Assembly (NCBI RefSeq): GCF_036365525.1
Contig: NW_027140442.1
Coordinates: 4,898,001-4,962,000, forward strand
Origin: Heterodontus francisci
Lineage: Eukaryota
Direction of reading: 5' to 3'
DNA length: 64,000 nucleotides
The position numbers and the translations under genes were made by a program. Shown here in pieces: positions 25,859-39,304 of this stretch. Each line of letters begins with the position of its first letter. Position 1 is the stretch's first letter. Under the pieces are notes generated by a model. That model made no database searches and had not been told where the DNA came from. It saw only the letters and a program-made list of their open reading frames with translations.

Positions 25859-26790
25859 ATTACAGAGTGGATCCCTTTCACCCTCACCCTCCCGGCAAAT
25901 AAATTCAGAGTGGATCCCTACCTCCACCCCCCTCCTGACAGTGAAATGCAGAACGCAATCCTTTCATCCTCCCCCTCCTGACAGACAAATTCAGAGTGGA
26001 TCCCTTCCCCCTCCCCTCCCTCTCCCGACATTAAAATGCCAAGTGGATCATTCCCCCTCCCATTGCCTACAGACAAATGTAAATTATATCCTTACCCACT
26101 CCCTCTCCGGAAGGGGAAATGCAGAGTGGATCCTTTCCCCCTCCCCTTGTCTACAGACAAATGCAGAGTGGATCCTGTCCCCCTCCCCCTGTCTACAGAC
26201 AAATGCAGAGGGGATCCTTTCCATCTCCCCCTCCTGAAAGATAAATGCAAAGTGGATCTTTTTCCCCCCTTGCTGATAGTCAAATGCAGAGTGGATGTTT
26301 TCCCCCCCCCTTGCTGATAGTCAAATGCAGAGTGGATCCTTTCCACCTCCCCTTTGTCCATTGACAAATGCAGAGTGGATCCTTTCTCCCCCCTCGCTGA
26401 TAGTCAAATGCAGAGTGGATCTTTTTTTCCCCCTTGCTGATCGTCAAATGCAGAGTGGATCCTTTCCCTCTCCCCCTTCCGACAGACAAATGCAAAGTAG
26501 ATTCTTCCCCCTCCCCTTGCAGACAGACAAATGCAGACTGGATTCTTTCCCCCTCCCCTTTGTCCATTGACAAATGCAGCGGATTTTTTCCCCTCCTTTT
26601 GGTGATCGACAATTGCACAAGGTCCCCTTTCCCCGTCCCCTTCCGGGATAGACAAATGCAGAGTGTCCCCTTTACCCCTGCCCCTCCTGACAGAAAAAAT
26701 GCAGAGTCGATCCTTTCTCCATCCCCTTGCCAATAGACAATTGTAAATTGGATCATTTCCCCCTGACCTTGCCGATAGACAAATAGCAGT
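25859..26790. repeat. Same AAATGCAGAGTGGATC minisatellite, right half
   Basis: Same core as 22700-23890, resuming immediately after the CR1. Confidence 0.92.
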
Positions 26791-27794
26791 TGCATAATTC
26801 CAACGCCGCTCATCCCTGGTGATTTCACTTCACTGTAAATGTCTGTGTTCACTACAGAAAAGAATAAGAGCTGGACATTACTGACCAGCCTCTCCATGTA
26901 CCGAGAACTCTCGCCTCAGTGGCACCAGGGAAGTGAAGGCACGTGAGTTTCACACGTCGAGCTGAAGATTTAAATGGCTGGTAGGAACGTGGGAAATTCC
27001 ATTTAAATGAATGTAGAAAAAGAATTGAAACATGCTAACTCGGTCCCATCACAGAGCCACAGAGGGGATGCCATGGACCTTCTACACTACCTGGAAGATT
27101 GGTCTCGACAATCGCAATGTCAGGATCCATGGGGGCCGAAAACACCTTCATTCGCTGTTCAACCTTCCCACTCGCCCTCCCACCTCACCCACCATGGAAC
27201 CCGATGTCAGACTGGGAACAAGACCCAGCCCAGGATGTTCTGAACTGAAATCAGGGGCTGATTTTTACAGGTCCCTGGACACCGTGGGTCACGGTGCGGA
27301 GGCGGGTAAAATGTTGTGGGGCGAGGGCCAACTAGAACTATGGCATCGAGAAGGGCCCACCACATATTACTGGCAGACGGGGAACTTGGTGTGACCCCCT
27401 CCTCCCCCGCCTCCAGGTGGCTGGTCCTTCATTTCCATATTCAAATGACCATCAGTGAGATGTTAATAAACTGACCTGCAGGTGGCGGACGTCCCACGGA
27501 AATTTTACCACCTCAGTTCAGCCTTCACGTACCTTCAGGCGGAGGGGTCGAGGAGAAGGGAAAACATTTATTATCGGCTATGGGAACGGTGGGAAGATGT
27601 TGAGTGTCAAAGTGAATAAATGGCGGTGGGGGGGAAAGTTCGTGATACTAATAAAATGTGATCATGGTGGTAGAGGGCAATCAATGTATGATTTACCCAT
27701 TGAGGGTGGGTTACGTGATTGACAACTGACATAAAATTTTATTTTCAATTCCTGGAGATCGGGACCTTTAAAATTTACACTGTAACTGAAGGGC

Positions 27795-29475
27795 TTAGAG
27801 TCAAAGAAGGTTTAAGGCACAGAAAGCGGCCACTTGGCCGATCGTGTCTGTGCCAGCCAAAAAACGATCCACACATTCTAATGTCACCTTCCAGCATTTG
27901 GTCCATAGCCCTGCAGATTATGGCATTTGCGGTGCCTATCCAGACTCCTTGTGAATGTGTTGAGGGTTTCCGCCTCAACTATCTTTTCAGGCATTGAGTT
28001 CCAGACCCCAACCACCCTCTGGGTGCAAAGAGTTTTCCTCATCTCCCCTCTAATTGTTCTACCAATCACTTTAAATCTATGCACCCTCGACACTGAACTA
28101 TCTGCTAAGGTGAATAGACCCTTCACCGCCACTCTGTCCAGGCCCCTCACAATTTTGTACATTTCAATCAGATCTGCCCTCAGTCTTGTTCCAAGGGGAA
28201 CAAACCCAGTCGATCCATTCTCTCCCTAAAGTAGCATTCTGCAGTCCTGGCAACATCTTTGTAAGTCTCCTCTGTACCCGCTCTCGTGCAATTATATTTT
28301 TTCTGCAATGAGCTGACCAGACCTGCACACAGTAGTCAAGTTGTGGCTTAACCAATGAGTTATACAGTTTTAGCATGACTTCCCTATTCATGCATTCTAT
28401 GCCTAGGCTAATGAAGGAAGGGATTCCATATGCCTTCTTAACCACACTATCACCTTGTCCTGCTACCTTCAGGGATATGTGGACATTCATTACTAGGTTG
28501 CTCACTTCCTCTACACTCCCTCAGCAGTTCCCCATTTATCGTGTATTCCTTTGTCTTGTCTGACCTCCCCAAATGCAACACCTCACAGTACTCCAAGTTT
28601 AAATCCATTTGACACTTTTCTGCCTATCTGACCAGGCCATCAATATCTTCCTGCAGCCTACAGCTATCCTCCTCGCTATCTACCACACAGACAATCATTG
28701 TCCCGTCAGCAAAGTTCTTGATCATGCCCCCTATATTTACTTCCAAATCGTTAATATACACCACAGAAAGCAGGAAAGCCACTGCAAACAGCTAAAACAG
28801 CCATCAAAAATTAAACTTTGTTTCCTGCCACTGAGTCAATTTTGTATCCACCTTGCTGCATTTCCATGGATCCCATGGGATTTTACTTTTTTAACCAGTC
28901 TGCCATGTGGGACCTTGTCAAATGCCTTGCTAAAATACATGTAGACTATATCAACTGTACTACCCTCATTTATCTTCCTTCGGATTTCTTCAAAAAATTC
29001 TATCAAGTAGCTCAAAAAGATCTTCCCTTAACAAAGCCATGCTGACTATACTTGATTAAGGTTAGCCTTTCTCAGTGACAGTTTATCCTGTCTCAGAATA
29101 GATTCCAATAATGTGTCCACTATTGAGGTTAGACTGACTGGCCTGTAATTGTTTGGTCTGTCGTTCGCTCCATTTTTAAACAGAGGTGCACATTAGCAGT
29201 TCTCCAATCCTCCAGCACCACACCTGTATCCAGTGAGGACAGGATAGTCAGGCTCTCTGATATTTCCTCCCTTGCTTCTTTTAACAGCCTAGGTGGCATT
29301 TCACCTGACCCTGGGGATTTATCAACTTTCAAGGATGCTAATCCCATTAACATTTCCTCTCTCCCTATGTTTATCACCTCCAATAATTTACACTCTTTCT
29401 CCTTAACTAGAAGATCTGCATCACCCCCCTCTTTTGTCCAGACAGACGCAAAGTATTCATTCAGAAGATACCAAT
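27795..29475 (-). mobile_element. Decayed, internally deleted CR1
   Basis: ORFs with LKVDKSPGSG, LVKPQLDYCVQVW and TQRVVGVWNS. Confidence 0.85.
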
Positions 29476-29844
29476 ATCTTCCGTTCCGGAACAAAGATTG
29501 AAGCTCATTAAAAATGGTGCCAGGGCCTGTGTGGTGGCGCTGGATGCCGTTGACGGGGATTTGGCGGCCGGCCTTCACATCATCGGGGATGGCCGCTCCG
29601 CCTTCACTATTTTAATAAGCTCCTGTGTCGGAAGGCGACTGGATTGAAAGCGCGCCACGGAGGGACACGTCACGTGATTATTAACCAGCTCCCTTGCACT
29701 CTCGCTGTGACACAAGGTGATGGTCCTTCCTTCAACTGGGTATTGTTTGAGACACTACTTCATAGGTTCTAACCCTGTGACACATATTGTTGCATTCCAA
29801 ACTCTCCCGCCACTCAATGGGAGAGCTTTGAGAAGCAGCATTTA

Positions 29845-30952
29845 CTCTCAGCATTCACATGACGCTCTCTGTCAGCATTCACACGGTGCTCACATTCCCT
29901 GTCAGTATTCACAAGGTGCCCATATTCCGTACAGCATTCACACGGTGCTCACATTCCCTGTCAGCATTCACACGGTGTCCATATTCCTGTCAGCATTCAC
30001 ACGGTGCCCACATTCCCTGCAGCATTCACACAGTGCTCACATTCCCTGTCAGTATTTACACTGTGCTCTCATCCCCTGTCAGCATTCACACGGTGCTCAT
30101 ATTCCTGTCAGCATTCACACGGTGCTCATATTCCCTGCAGCATTCACACGGTGCATACATTCCCTGTCAGCATTCAAAAGGTGCTCACATTCCCTGTCAG
30201 CATTCTCACGGTAATTACATTCCCTGTCAGCATTCACACGGTGCTCACATTCCCTGTCAGAATTCACACGGTGCTCACATTCCCTGTCAGAATTCACACG
30301 GTGCTCACATTCCCTGTCAGTATTCACACGGTGCTCACATTCCCTGTCAGAATTCACACGGTGCTCACATTCCCTGTCAGCATTCACACGGTGCTCACAT
30401 TCCCTGTCAGCATTCACACAGTGCTCACATTCCCTGTCAGTATTTACACTGTGCTCTCATTCCCTGTCAGCATTCACACGGTGCCCATATTCCCTGCAGC
30501 ATTCACACGGTGCTCATATTCCTGTCAGCATTCAAAAGGTGCTCACATTCCCTGCCAGCATTCTCACGGTAATCACATTCCCTGTCAGCATTCACACGGT
30601 GCTCACATTCCCTGTCAGAATTCACACGGTGCTCACATTCCCTGTCAGCATTCACACGGTGCTGACATTCCCTGCAGCATTCACACGGTGCTCACATTCC
30701 CTGTCGGTATTCACACAGTGCACACATTCCCTGTCAGTATTCATACGGTGCCCACATTCCCTGTCAGAATTCACACGGTGCTCATATTCCTGTCAGCATT
30801 CACACGGTGCCCATATTCCCTGCAGCATTCACACGGTGCATACATTCCCTGTCAGCATTCAAAAGGTGCTCACATTCCCTGTCAGCATTCTCACGGTAAT
30901 CACATTCCCTGTCAGCATTCACACGGTGCTCACATTCCCTGTCAGAATTCAC
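29845..30952. repeat. 30-bp minisatellite (CATTCACACGGTGCTCACATTCCCTGTCAG), ~37 copies
   Basis: Highly homogeneous tandem units. Confidence 0.97.
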
Positions 30953-30954
30953 TG

Positions 30955-31265
30955 GGAGTGTTCATTGCTGACACTAGGTATACAGTGGCGTTTCACTGTC
31001 AGGGTAATGTAGAGGGAGCTCTGCATTGTTCCTACACTGGCAGTGTTCAATGCTGAGACTGGGTATATACTGGGGGTTCATTGTCAGGGTAATGTAGAGG
31101 GAGCACTGTATTGTGCCTAGCTAGGGAGGGCTCGATGCTGACACTTGGCCTAAAGTGTGGTTTCACTGCCAGGGTAATGTAGAGGGAGCTCTGCATTGTA
31201 CCTACACGAGGAGAGGTTGATGGTGACAATAGATATCGAGATCAGCCTAATGTAGAGGCATTGCA
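30955..31265. repeat. Degenerate 85-bp tandem repeat (~3.5 copies)
   Basis: AGGGTAATGTAGAGGGAGC at 31001, 31086 and 31171. Confidence 0.8.
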
Positions 31266-31267
31266 GC

Positions 31268-33600
31268 AACATACATAAAACATGTGAATTAGGATCAGGT
31301 GTAGGCCATTTGATGCCTTGAGTCTGCTCCATCATTCAATAATATCATGGCTGATCTCATTGTAACCTCAACTCCACAATCCTGCCTACCGCAAATAGCC
31401 TTTCACACCCTTCCTTATCAAGAATATATCGACCTCTGCCTTAAAATATTTAAATACTCTGCTTCCACAACCTTTTGAGGAAGAGAGTTCCAACGTTTCA
31501 CGGACCTCTGAGAGAAAAAAAATTCTCATCATCTCTGTCTAAAATGGGCGACCCCATATTTTCAAACAGTGACCTCTGGTTCTGGATCCTCCCACAAGGG
31601 GAAATATCCTTCCCACATCCACCCTGTCAAGATCCCTCAGATTCTTACAAGTTTCAATCAAGTCGCCTCTTACTCTTCAAAACTCCAGCAGATACAAGCC
31701 GAGCCTTTCTAATCTTTCCTCATAAGACAACCCGCCAATTCCAGCCATTATTCTGGTAAAACGTCTCTGAACTGCTTCCAACTCTTATACATCCTTGCGT
31801 AAATAAGGAAACCAATACTGTATCCAGTACTCCAGATGTGCTCTCACCAATGCCCTGTATAACTGGGCATAACATCTTTAATTTTGTATTCAATTCCCCT
31901 CGCAGTAAACAGTAATATTATACTTGCTTTGCTAATTACTTGCTGTAACTACATACTCATATTTTTGCAATTCATGCAGCAGGACACCCAAATCCATCTG
32001 CATTTCAGAACTCTGCCATCTCTCATTGTATGAATTCCTCCTTCCAAAATGGACAATTTCACATTTTCCCACATTATACTCCATTTGCCAGAAGTTTTCC
32101 CACTTACTTAACCTATCTATTTCCCCTTGTCGCCTCTTTAAGCCCTCTTCAGAACTTCCTGTACAACCTGTCTTTGTGTCATCTGCAAATTTAGCAACCA
32201 TACCTTCGGTCCCTTCATGCAAATCATGTATATACATTTTAAAACGTTACGGTACCCGCACAGATCCCTGTGGCACACCACTCATTATATCTTGCCAACC
32301 AGAAATTGATGCATTTTTGCCTACTCTCTGTTTCCTGTTAGCTAGATAATCTTCTATCCATGCCAATACACCTATCCCCCTACACCATGAGCTTTTATGT
32401 TTTCATGGTAACATTTAATGTGGCACCTTATCAAATGCCTTCTGAAAATCTGAGGACAATACATCCACCAGTTCCCCTTTATCCACAGCACATGCAACTC
32501 CCTCAAAGAACTCCAATAAGTTGGGCGGCACAGTGGCGCAGTGGTTAGCACCGCAGCCTCACAGCTCCAGTGACCCGGCTGCAATACTGGGTACTGCCTG
32601 TGTGGAGTTTGCAAGTTCTCCCTGTGTCTGCGTGGGTTTCCTCCGGGTGCTCCGGTTTCCTCCCACATACCAAAGACTTGCATGTTGATAGGTAAATTGG
32701 CCATTAGCAATTCCCCCTAGTGTCGGTAGGTGGTAGGGAAATATAGGGACAGGTGGGGATGTGGTAGGAATATGGGATTCGTGTCGGAGTAGTATAAATT
32801 GGTAGTCGATGGTCGGCACAGACTCGGTGGGCCGAAGGGCCTGTTTCAGTGCTGCTTCTCTAAATTGGTTAAACATGATTTCCCTTTCATAAGCCTGTTA
32901 ACTCTGCCTAATCACCTTAAATTTTACTATACACTCTACTTTAACGTCTTTAATAATAGCTTCTAACGTTTTCCCTAAGGTAGCTATTAAACTAACTTTC
33001 CTGTAGTTTCCTGCTTTTTGTCTCCCTCCCTATTTGAATAAAGGAGTTACACTGGCTATTTTCCAATCTCATGTATACGACTCAGAATCTAAGGAATTTT
33101 GGAAAATTAAAACCAACACATCAACTATCTCACTAGCCAATTCTCTTAAGACCCTCAGATAATGTGCGTCCGGACCCGGAACTTGTCAGCCCGCAGCTCC
33201 GACAATTTGTTCAGTGCCACTTCCCTGGTGATTGTGATTATCTTAAGTTACTCTCCCTTCTATTTCCTAACGTGCAGCTAATACTGGGATGTTACTTGTG
33301 CCCTCTATAGACCGATGCTAAATATATGTTCTTTTAATTTGTCATCTCTTTATTATCCATTATTAATTCCACAGTCTCAGTTCCCATAGGACCGACGCTC
33401 ACTTTGTTAACTTTTTTTTACATATCTACAGAAATACTTACCACCTATCTTTATATTTCACACGAGCTTTCTCTCCTAATCTAACTTTCCCACCTTATCC
33501 ATTTTAAAGTCATTCTTTGTTGTTTTCTCATATTCTATCCAATCTTATGACCTGCCATCTTTGTGCAAGTATGTGATTTTTCTTTATGTTCTATGCTATC
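31268..33600 (-). mobile_element. Decayed CR1 with nested SINE
   Basis: VAKFADDTK, WQMEYNVGKCEIVHFGR, and a CR1 3' end at 31270-31360. Confidence 0.85.
32523..32864 (+). mobile_element. tRNA-derived SINE (HE1-like)
   Basis: Box A TGGCGCAGTGG, degenerate box B, central TGTGTGGAGTTTGCAAGTTCTCCC domain and a CR1-like tail. Flanks are TAAGTTGG/TAAATTGG. Confidence 0.9.
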
Positions 33601-33629
33601 AATTGTGTTACAGCTTCCTGCTCTCTTCA

Positions 33630-36170
33630 TTACAACCGGATTGAACCTGGTCATTGCCAGAATTAAGTGGATCATATCGAGGAGCCACATTCTCTGCAAA
33701 TCGAAGGATGAGGGTCTATTCATACCCCACCACCTTGAGGATAGGATACAGGGCAGTCTTTCAGGTGGATAGAGGGAGATACTGGCTGGAGTTCCGCTGA
33801 TATCCCACTGCCTGAGGATAGGACACAGGGCAGTTTTTGAGGTGTACAGGGGCAGATGCTGGACGGTCTCGACCAGATGTTCCTCTGGGCTGATGCTGGA
33901 TGATCCAATCTGGACACCTGGAAAAGTGTCACGATCTTGCACCAGCTGGGCCTTACGTGGGATGGTCTTTTATTCCAGCCACCAAAGTAACTGCAGAAGT
34001 TCCTGTAAAAAGGGTTAAATGTGTGGACACTTTCTGTGGTGATGAGGAGGAGATCATCAACACATTGCAGCAAGCAGGATGGCTGTGAAAAGCTCTTAAG
34101 GGCCCCGGTCATTCATCTGTTGAAAATAATGGGGATATTATGGAACCCCTTGTGACAGACATGCCCAGGGGTCTCTCTGGTCCTCAGAAGTCAATGTGAA
34201 TGTAAGTTGTTCCGCTAATTTTCCTGGGATACTCCAATAACCATTGGAGATATTCAGGGTGGAGAAGACAGCCCTGCTACTGGGAATTCGGGAGAGTAGG
34301 ATGGGTGTCTCTCAGAGAAACGGGTTCACACAGGGGTGACTGAGTTGAGTTTGTGGCAGTCAATAGTCAGTCACCAACTTCCATCCGGTTTTCTAACCAG
34401 CCAAATCGGGCAGTTAGTCGTGAATGTGTCTTTGTGAACTGCACCCTGGTATAACAGTGACCCGATGTTGTCTTGAATATATGATATCATCTCAGCTCGG
34501 TAAGAATACTGCTTCATGGAGCATGCAATGGTCAGTTAATTCATTCGGTTCTCCTTATGTTTCCACAGTCATCTTTCTGGGTTGTGAATAAACTCAGCGC
34601 CGACTCGAGAATCGCCTTTACCACAGGGTCATCAGAGGTGTCAGGTTCACATTACTCTGATATTTTAACCATGAATATTGAGAGTGCACTGGACACCAGA
34701 GGAGGGGTACGTTTTAATGTTTTAGAATATACAAATATAGGGATAATCAATTACTGATGATAACCTTTGAGCACATTACTGCCCATTAGTCCCTGTCCAC
34801 TAGGCATGTTGCATTGAAATGGAGGCAGGACTTTTATTTGAATGTAATTTACGTTTCACTGGAGGGGAAAGGATCTTTGTACAGTTGTATAGGTCGAATT
34901 ATCAAAGCCTGATAAAAATTACCATGCACTATCCATTTGGTCCAAGTGTGGAGCAGGATTGGTGATGCTGGAGGAGCCAGACTCGACTGACATGTATTGT
35001 TGATGGCCTCCAGTTCAGCAGTCTGGAGTACCGGTCACCCACTGCCATCGCATTGCAGAGGAGAAACCAACTGTCTCTGGGAGCTCTGGTAGACTCAATG
35101 TGGATCTAGAGCTGTTTGCCTGGTCGGATGCATTGCAACAAGCATTCGAGCTCCATTACTAATCTGCAAGGCCTCTATTGCTGCCTCCATCCTCTGTAGC
35201 TGCTGCACAACAGGGTCTGAATTCGTCTGTCTCGGAGGATAGAGGGAACTACTGTTCCTGTCAGCCTCAACAATGTCCTTATTGCAGAAGTCACAGAGAC
35301 AGTGGCTCAGCCTGGAGGATCGCTTGAATCACTGCTACTGTCAGCCTTACCAATGCTTCTATTGCAGCAGTCACAGGTGGTAATAAGTAAAACCGCACAA
35401 TGCCCCATGTAATAATAAGTAAAACGGGGGATTGGGGCACTCTTTTGGCATTGGAGTTCTCGACCTGATATCTGATTGCGTAATAGCTTTGATAGCGTTA
35501 CCTTAACGTTGATGGCGCTTGGGGAATATTGACACGAGTCTGCTCCCAAGTCGTGCAGGAATGGGTGTGAATTTAGTTGATGTAAATGCCAAGGCTAAGT
35601 GGACTAATGGTTGGAAGCCGATCAGAAAGACGGATTTTAAACCTTGGGATTTAAAATGGTTTAGCCCCATCCTCTCTGTTGTGCCTCAAGAGGTCATGGA
35701 GCCTATCTGTGAGGACACTCAGGGTCTCGGTATGGCCCTGCTTGGCATTGGCCAGGACCTTATGGACACCAATGTTCCCTGTCCCCAGTGCCCTCCACAT
35801 CGTCTATCGTGTCCTCCACCAGAGTAATCTGATCCATCTCTTTTTTTTTAACTCCAGGGAACACACGACCAGGAGAACCTGCTTAAGGTCGTTGCCTTCT
35901 AATTCAGAATAATTGACTTTAAAAAGTTCCACTTTGGTGTGAGATCGAGGGAGCTTCTGTTTCTATCCACCTTTCCCAGTTCCTGCTTTAGAGTTCTGGC
36001 CTCAACGACGGGGGTGACGGACATCTGTGTGGTTGTGATGTTGATATCTCCTTCACCGTCAGTGACTGTGGATGGTTGTTGAGTGAGCCCATCTATCTCA
36101 GTCTTGTTCTTAGGCTGGCCTGCGGCTTAGGCCCAGGTTACCAGAAACCCTGGCATTTTCCAGTAATCAA
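33630..36170 (-). mobile_element. Decayed endogenous retrovirus-like pol (RT), probably with upstream protease/gag remnants
   Basis: Minus-strand [27 protein letters not shown] (~34410-34335), WACLSQGFHNIPIIF (~34165-34120) and LLQCVDDLLL (~34075-34045). Assignment of the region upstream of 34500 is tentative. Confidence 0.7.
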
Positions 36171-36204
36171 GCCGTCCATGGATGGAGGAGGCGGAGCAGA
36201 ACCT

Positions 36205-36306
36205 ATCTGATGAAACGTCACAGACCTGAAACAATCACACTGCTTCACACTACACGATGCTTCCAGACCTGCTGAGTTTTTCTGACACTTCCTGTTCTCA
36301 TTTCAG
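36205..36306 (+). mobile_element. Short diverged Penelope-terminus copy
   Basis: CTGATGAAACGTCACAGACCTGAAAC...CCAGACCTGCTGAG, homologous to 62526-62625. Confidence 0.7.
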
Positions 36307-36599
36307 TCTCTCATATCATAGTTAGCAGAAGGAATTAGACTCTTCATTGAAGAATTGTAGCTTTAGGGGAATTTTGATGGGACAGTGTGATATTGTCAAT
36401 GAAGCAACCAGCCCATCTTGGAAAGAACGTTCTCAAAATAGTGATTCTGTGCTTAATCGTGTACCTTGGTCAGTAACTGAAGATAATGATCCGCAGGGAG
36501 GGGACTTCTGACTGTGTGATCATGTAGATATGACTCCTTTCAATGTATTTGTGAGTAATGGTAGTATTGCTAACAGGTGCATTGCTTTTTTTGTTACCT

Positions 36600-38600
36600 G
36601 CGTTGTGCGCATTACTATCTAGGCCAGCATTTATGCCCATCCCTAATTGCCATTGAGAGGATGGTACTGAGCTGCTTTCTTGAACCACTGCAATCGATGT
36701 GAGGTAGGTACACGCATAGTGATGGCTGGAAGGGAGTTCCTAAAGGAAAATATAGCTCGAAGTTCGGATAGTGTGTGGATTGGAAGGGAATTTGCAAGTG
36801 GTAGTACTCCCGTGGATCTGCTGCGCTTGTCCGTCCAGCTGGCAGATATCGCAGGCTTGGAAGGTGCTGTCTGAATAGCCTTGGTATGTTGCTGCAGTGC
36901 ATCTTGTAGACAGCACACACAGCTGCCACGGTGCGTCGGTGGTGGAGGGAGTGAATGTTTGTAGATGGGGTGCCAGTCAAGCGGGCTGCATTGTCCTGGA
37001 TGGTGCCGAGCTTCCTGAGTGTTGTTGGAGCTGCACCCTAACCCGTCCAGGCAAGAGGACAGTATTCCCTCACACGCCTGACTTGTGCCTCGTAGATGGT
37101 GGACAGGATTTGGGAAGTCAGGAGATGAGCTACTCGTCCCAGGATTCCTAGCGTTTGACTTGCACTTGTCACCAAGGTATTTATATGTTTACTCCAGTTC
37201 AGTTTCTGGTCAATGGTAACCTCCAGAAAGTTGATACTGTCGGAACTCAGCGATGGTAATGCCATTGAATGTCAAGGGGAGAAGTTTAGATTCTCTGTTG
37301 TTGCAGATAGTCCTTGCCTGGCACTTGTGTGGTGCTAATTTTACTTGCCACTTATCAGCCCAAGCCTGGGTATTGTCCAGGTCTTGCTGCATTTCTACAT
37401 GGACTGCTTCAGTATACGAACATTGTGCAATCATCAGCGAACATCCCCACTTCTGACCTTATGACTGAAGGAATGTCATTGATGAAGCAGCTGAAGATGA
37501 TTGGGCCTGGGGCACAATACCGAGGAACACCTGCAGTGATGTCCTGGAGCTGACATGATTGTCCTCCAACCACTAAAACCATCTTCCTTTGTGCTAGAAA
37601 TGACACCAACCAGCGGAGAGCTTCCCCCCCCCCCCCCCCCCCGATTCCTACTGACTCCAGTTTTGCTAGGGCTCCTTGATGCCAAACTCGTTCAAATGCT
37701 GCCTTGATGTCAAGGGCAGTTTCTCACACCTCACCTCTTGTGTTCAGCTCTTTTGTCCATGTTTGAACGAAGGCTGTAATGAGGTCAGGAGCTGAGTGGC
37801 CCTGGCGGAACCCAAACTGAGCGTCACTGAGCAGGTTATTGCTGAGCAAGCGCCGCTTGACAGCACTGTCAATGACACCTTCCATCACTTTCCTGATGAT
37901 TGAGAGTAGGCTGATGGGGCGGTATTGGCCGGGTTGGACTTGTCTTGCCTTTTGTGTTCAGGACATACCTGGACAATTTTCCACAATGTCGGGAGATGCC
38001 AGTGTTGTAGCTGTACAGGAACATCTCGGCTAGGGGCGCAGCATATTCTGGAGCACAGGTCTTCAGTACTTCAGAGGTTAGCACTGCAGCCTCACAGCTC
38101 CAGCGGTGCGGCTTCAATTCTGGGCACTGTCTGTGTGGAGTTTGCAGGTTCTCCCTGTGACTGCGTGGGTTTTCTCCGGGTGCTCCTGTTTCCTCCCACA
38201 AGCCAAAAGACTTGCAGGTTGGTAGGTAAATTGGCCATTATGAATTGCCCCTAGTGTAGGTAGGTGGTAGGGAAATATAGATCCAGGTGGGGATGTGGTA
38301 GGAATATGGGATTAGTGTAGGATTAGTATAAATGGGTGGTTGATGGTCGGCACAGACTCGGTGGGCCGAAGCGCCTGTTTCAGTGCTGTATCTCTAAACT
38401 AAACTAAACTGAACTAAAGTGAAAACTATTGCTGGAATGTTGTCAGGACCCATAGACTATGCAATATCCAGTGCCTTCAGTTGATTCTTGATATAACACG
38501 GAGTGAATCGAATTGGTGAAGACTGGCATCTATGATGCTGGTGACTTCAGTAGGACGCTGAGATGGATCATCATCTCGGAACTTCTGGCTGAAGATTGAT
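36600..38600 (-). mobile_element. LINE family B, 5'-truncated, with nested SINE
   Basis: RKMVLVVGGQS, EVGMFADDCTMF and WADKWQV match the 60220-61942 element. Confidence 0.9.
38072..38418 (+). mobile_element. HE1-like SINE, slightly 5'-truncated
   Basis: Homologous to 32523-32864, with a (CTAAA)n tail. Confidence 0.9.
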
Positions 38601-39304
38601 GCACTGGGTGTTTTATATTGTTAACGAGAAGTATTCCTGCCGTATCAAGTGGTTAATTAGAGCTTTGAGTGTTGTCTCCTTATTTCTCATAACTCTCACT
38701 TTTGAAACATAGAATAACAAGTCAAAGGTAAAATATTACAACTTATAACTAACAGTTGTTTAGATATGTGGACATGACAAGCCCAGAAAAGCCCACACAA
38801 AGACCTATGTCCAGCGTTATGTCGCTGAATAAATAAAAACCCTTCAGAAAAATGTAATCTGCCTGATTGTGCTGTTCTGTGTTTGTGTTAGCTCACACGG
38901 GCTGCTGAAGAAATATTCAGAATGAGAGAGAGTCCATTGTTGTAAAACTACCACTTTTCTGCCGTTTGTTTTGGAATTCTATAACACTATTACAACGACC
39001 ATTTCTTACAGCGTTCCCTAGAATGTTGAAGGATTAGAGGTGATCTAATTTAAAGAGATACAATTCTTCAGAAGTGTGTCCAGATAGATGCTGGGTGGTG
39101 TGCAATGGCGGGATTGGCCATTTTAATACATGGGGCTCAGTTTTCCTAACACGTCTATTGAATGTCACTTGATCAAACGCCTTTTGAATGTCCATATGTT
39201 TATAACTTCAATCACACCACCCTCATCAACCCTCTCCATTGTTTTATCAAACAAATCTATCAACTTTAACTCAGAATCACATCCACTGTTGTTAAATTAT
39301 CATT

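Noticed and set aside
22700-26790. CRISPR-like look of constant core plus variable spacer
   Set aside because: The linkers are related C-rich low-complexity sequence, the cores are degenerate, there are no cas genes, and the DNA is vertebrate.
29717-31056. His/Cys-rich repeat protein (CQHSHGAHIP)n
   Set aside because: The stop-free 30-bp unit is open in all plus frames, and frequent 1-bp indels switch frames, showing no coding constraint.
32523-32600. tRNA gene
   Set aside because: A/B boxes are present, but it is the head of a SINE found five times here and has no intact cloverleaf.
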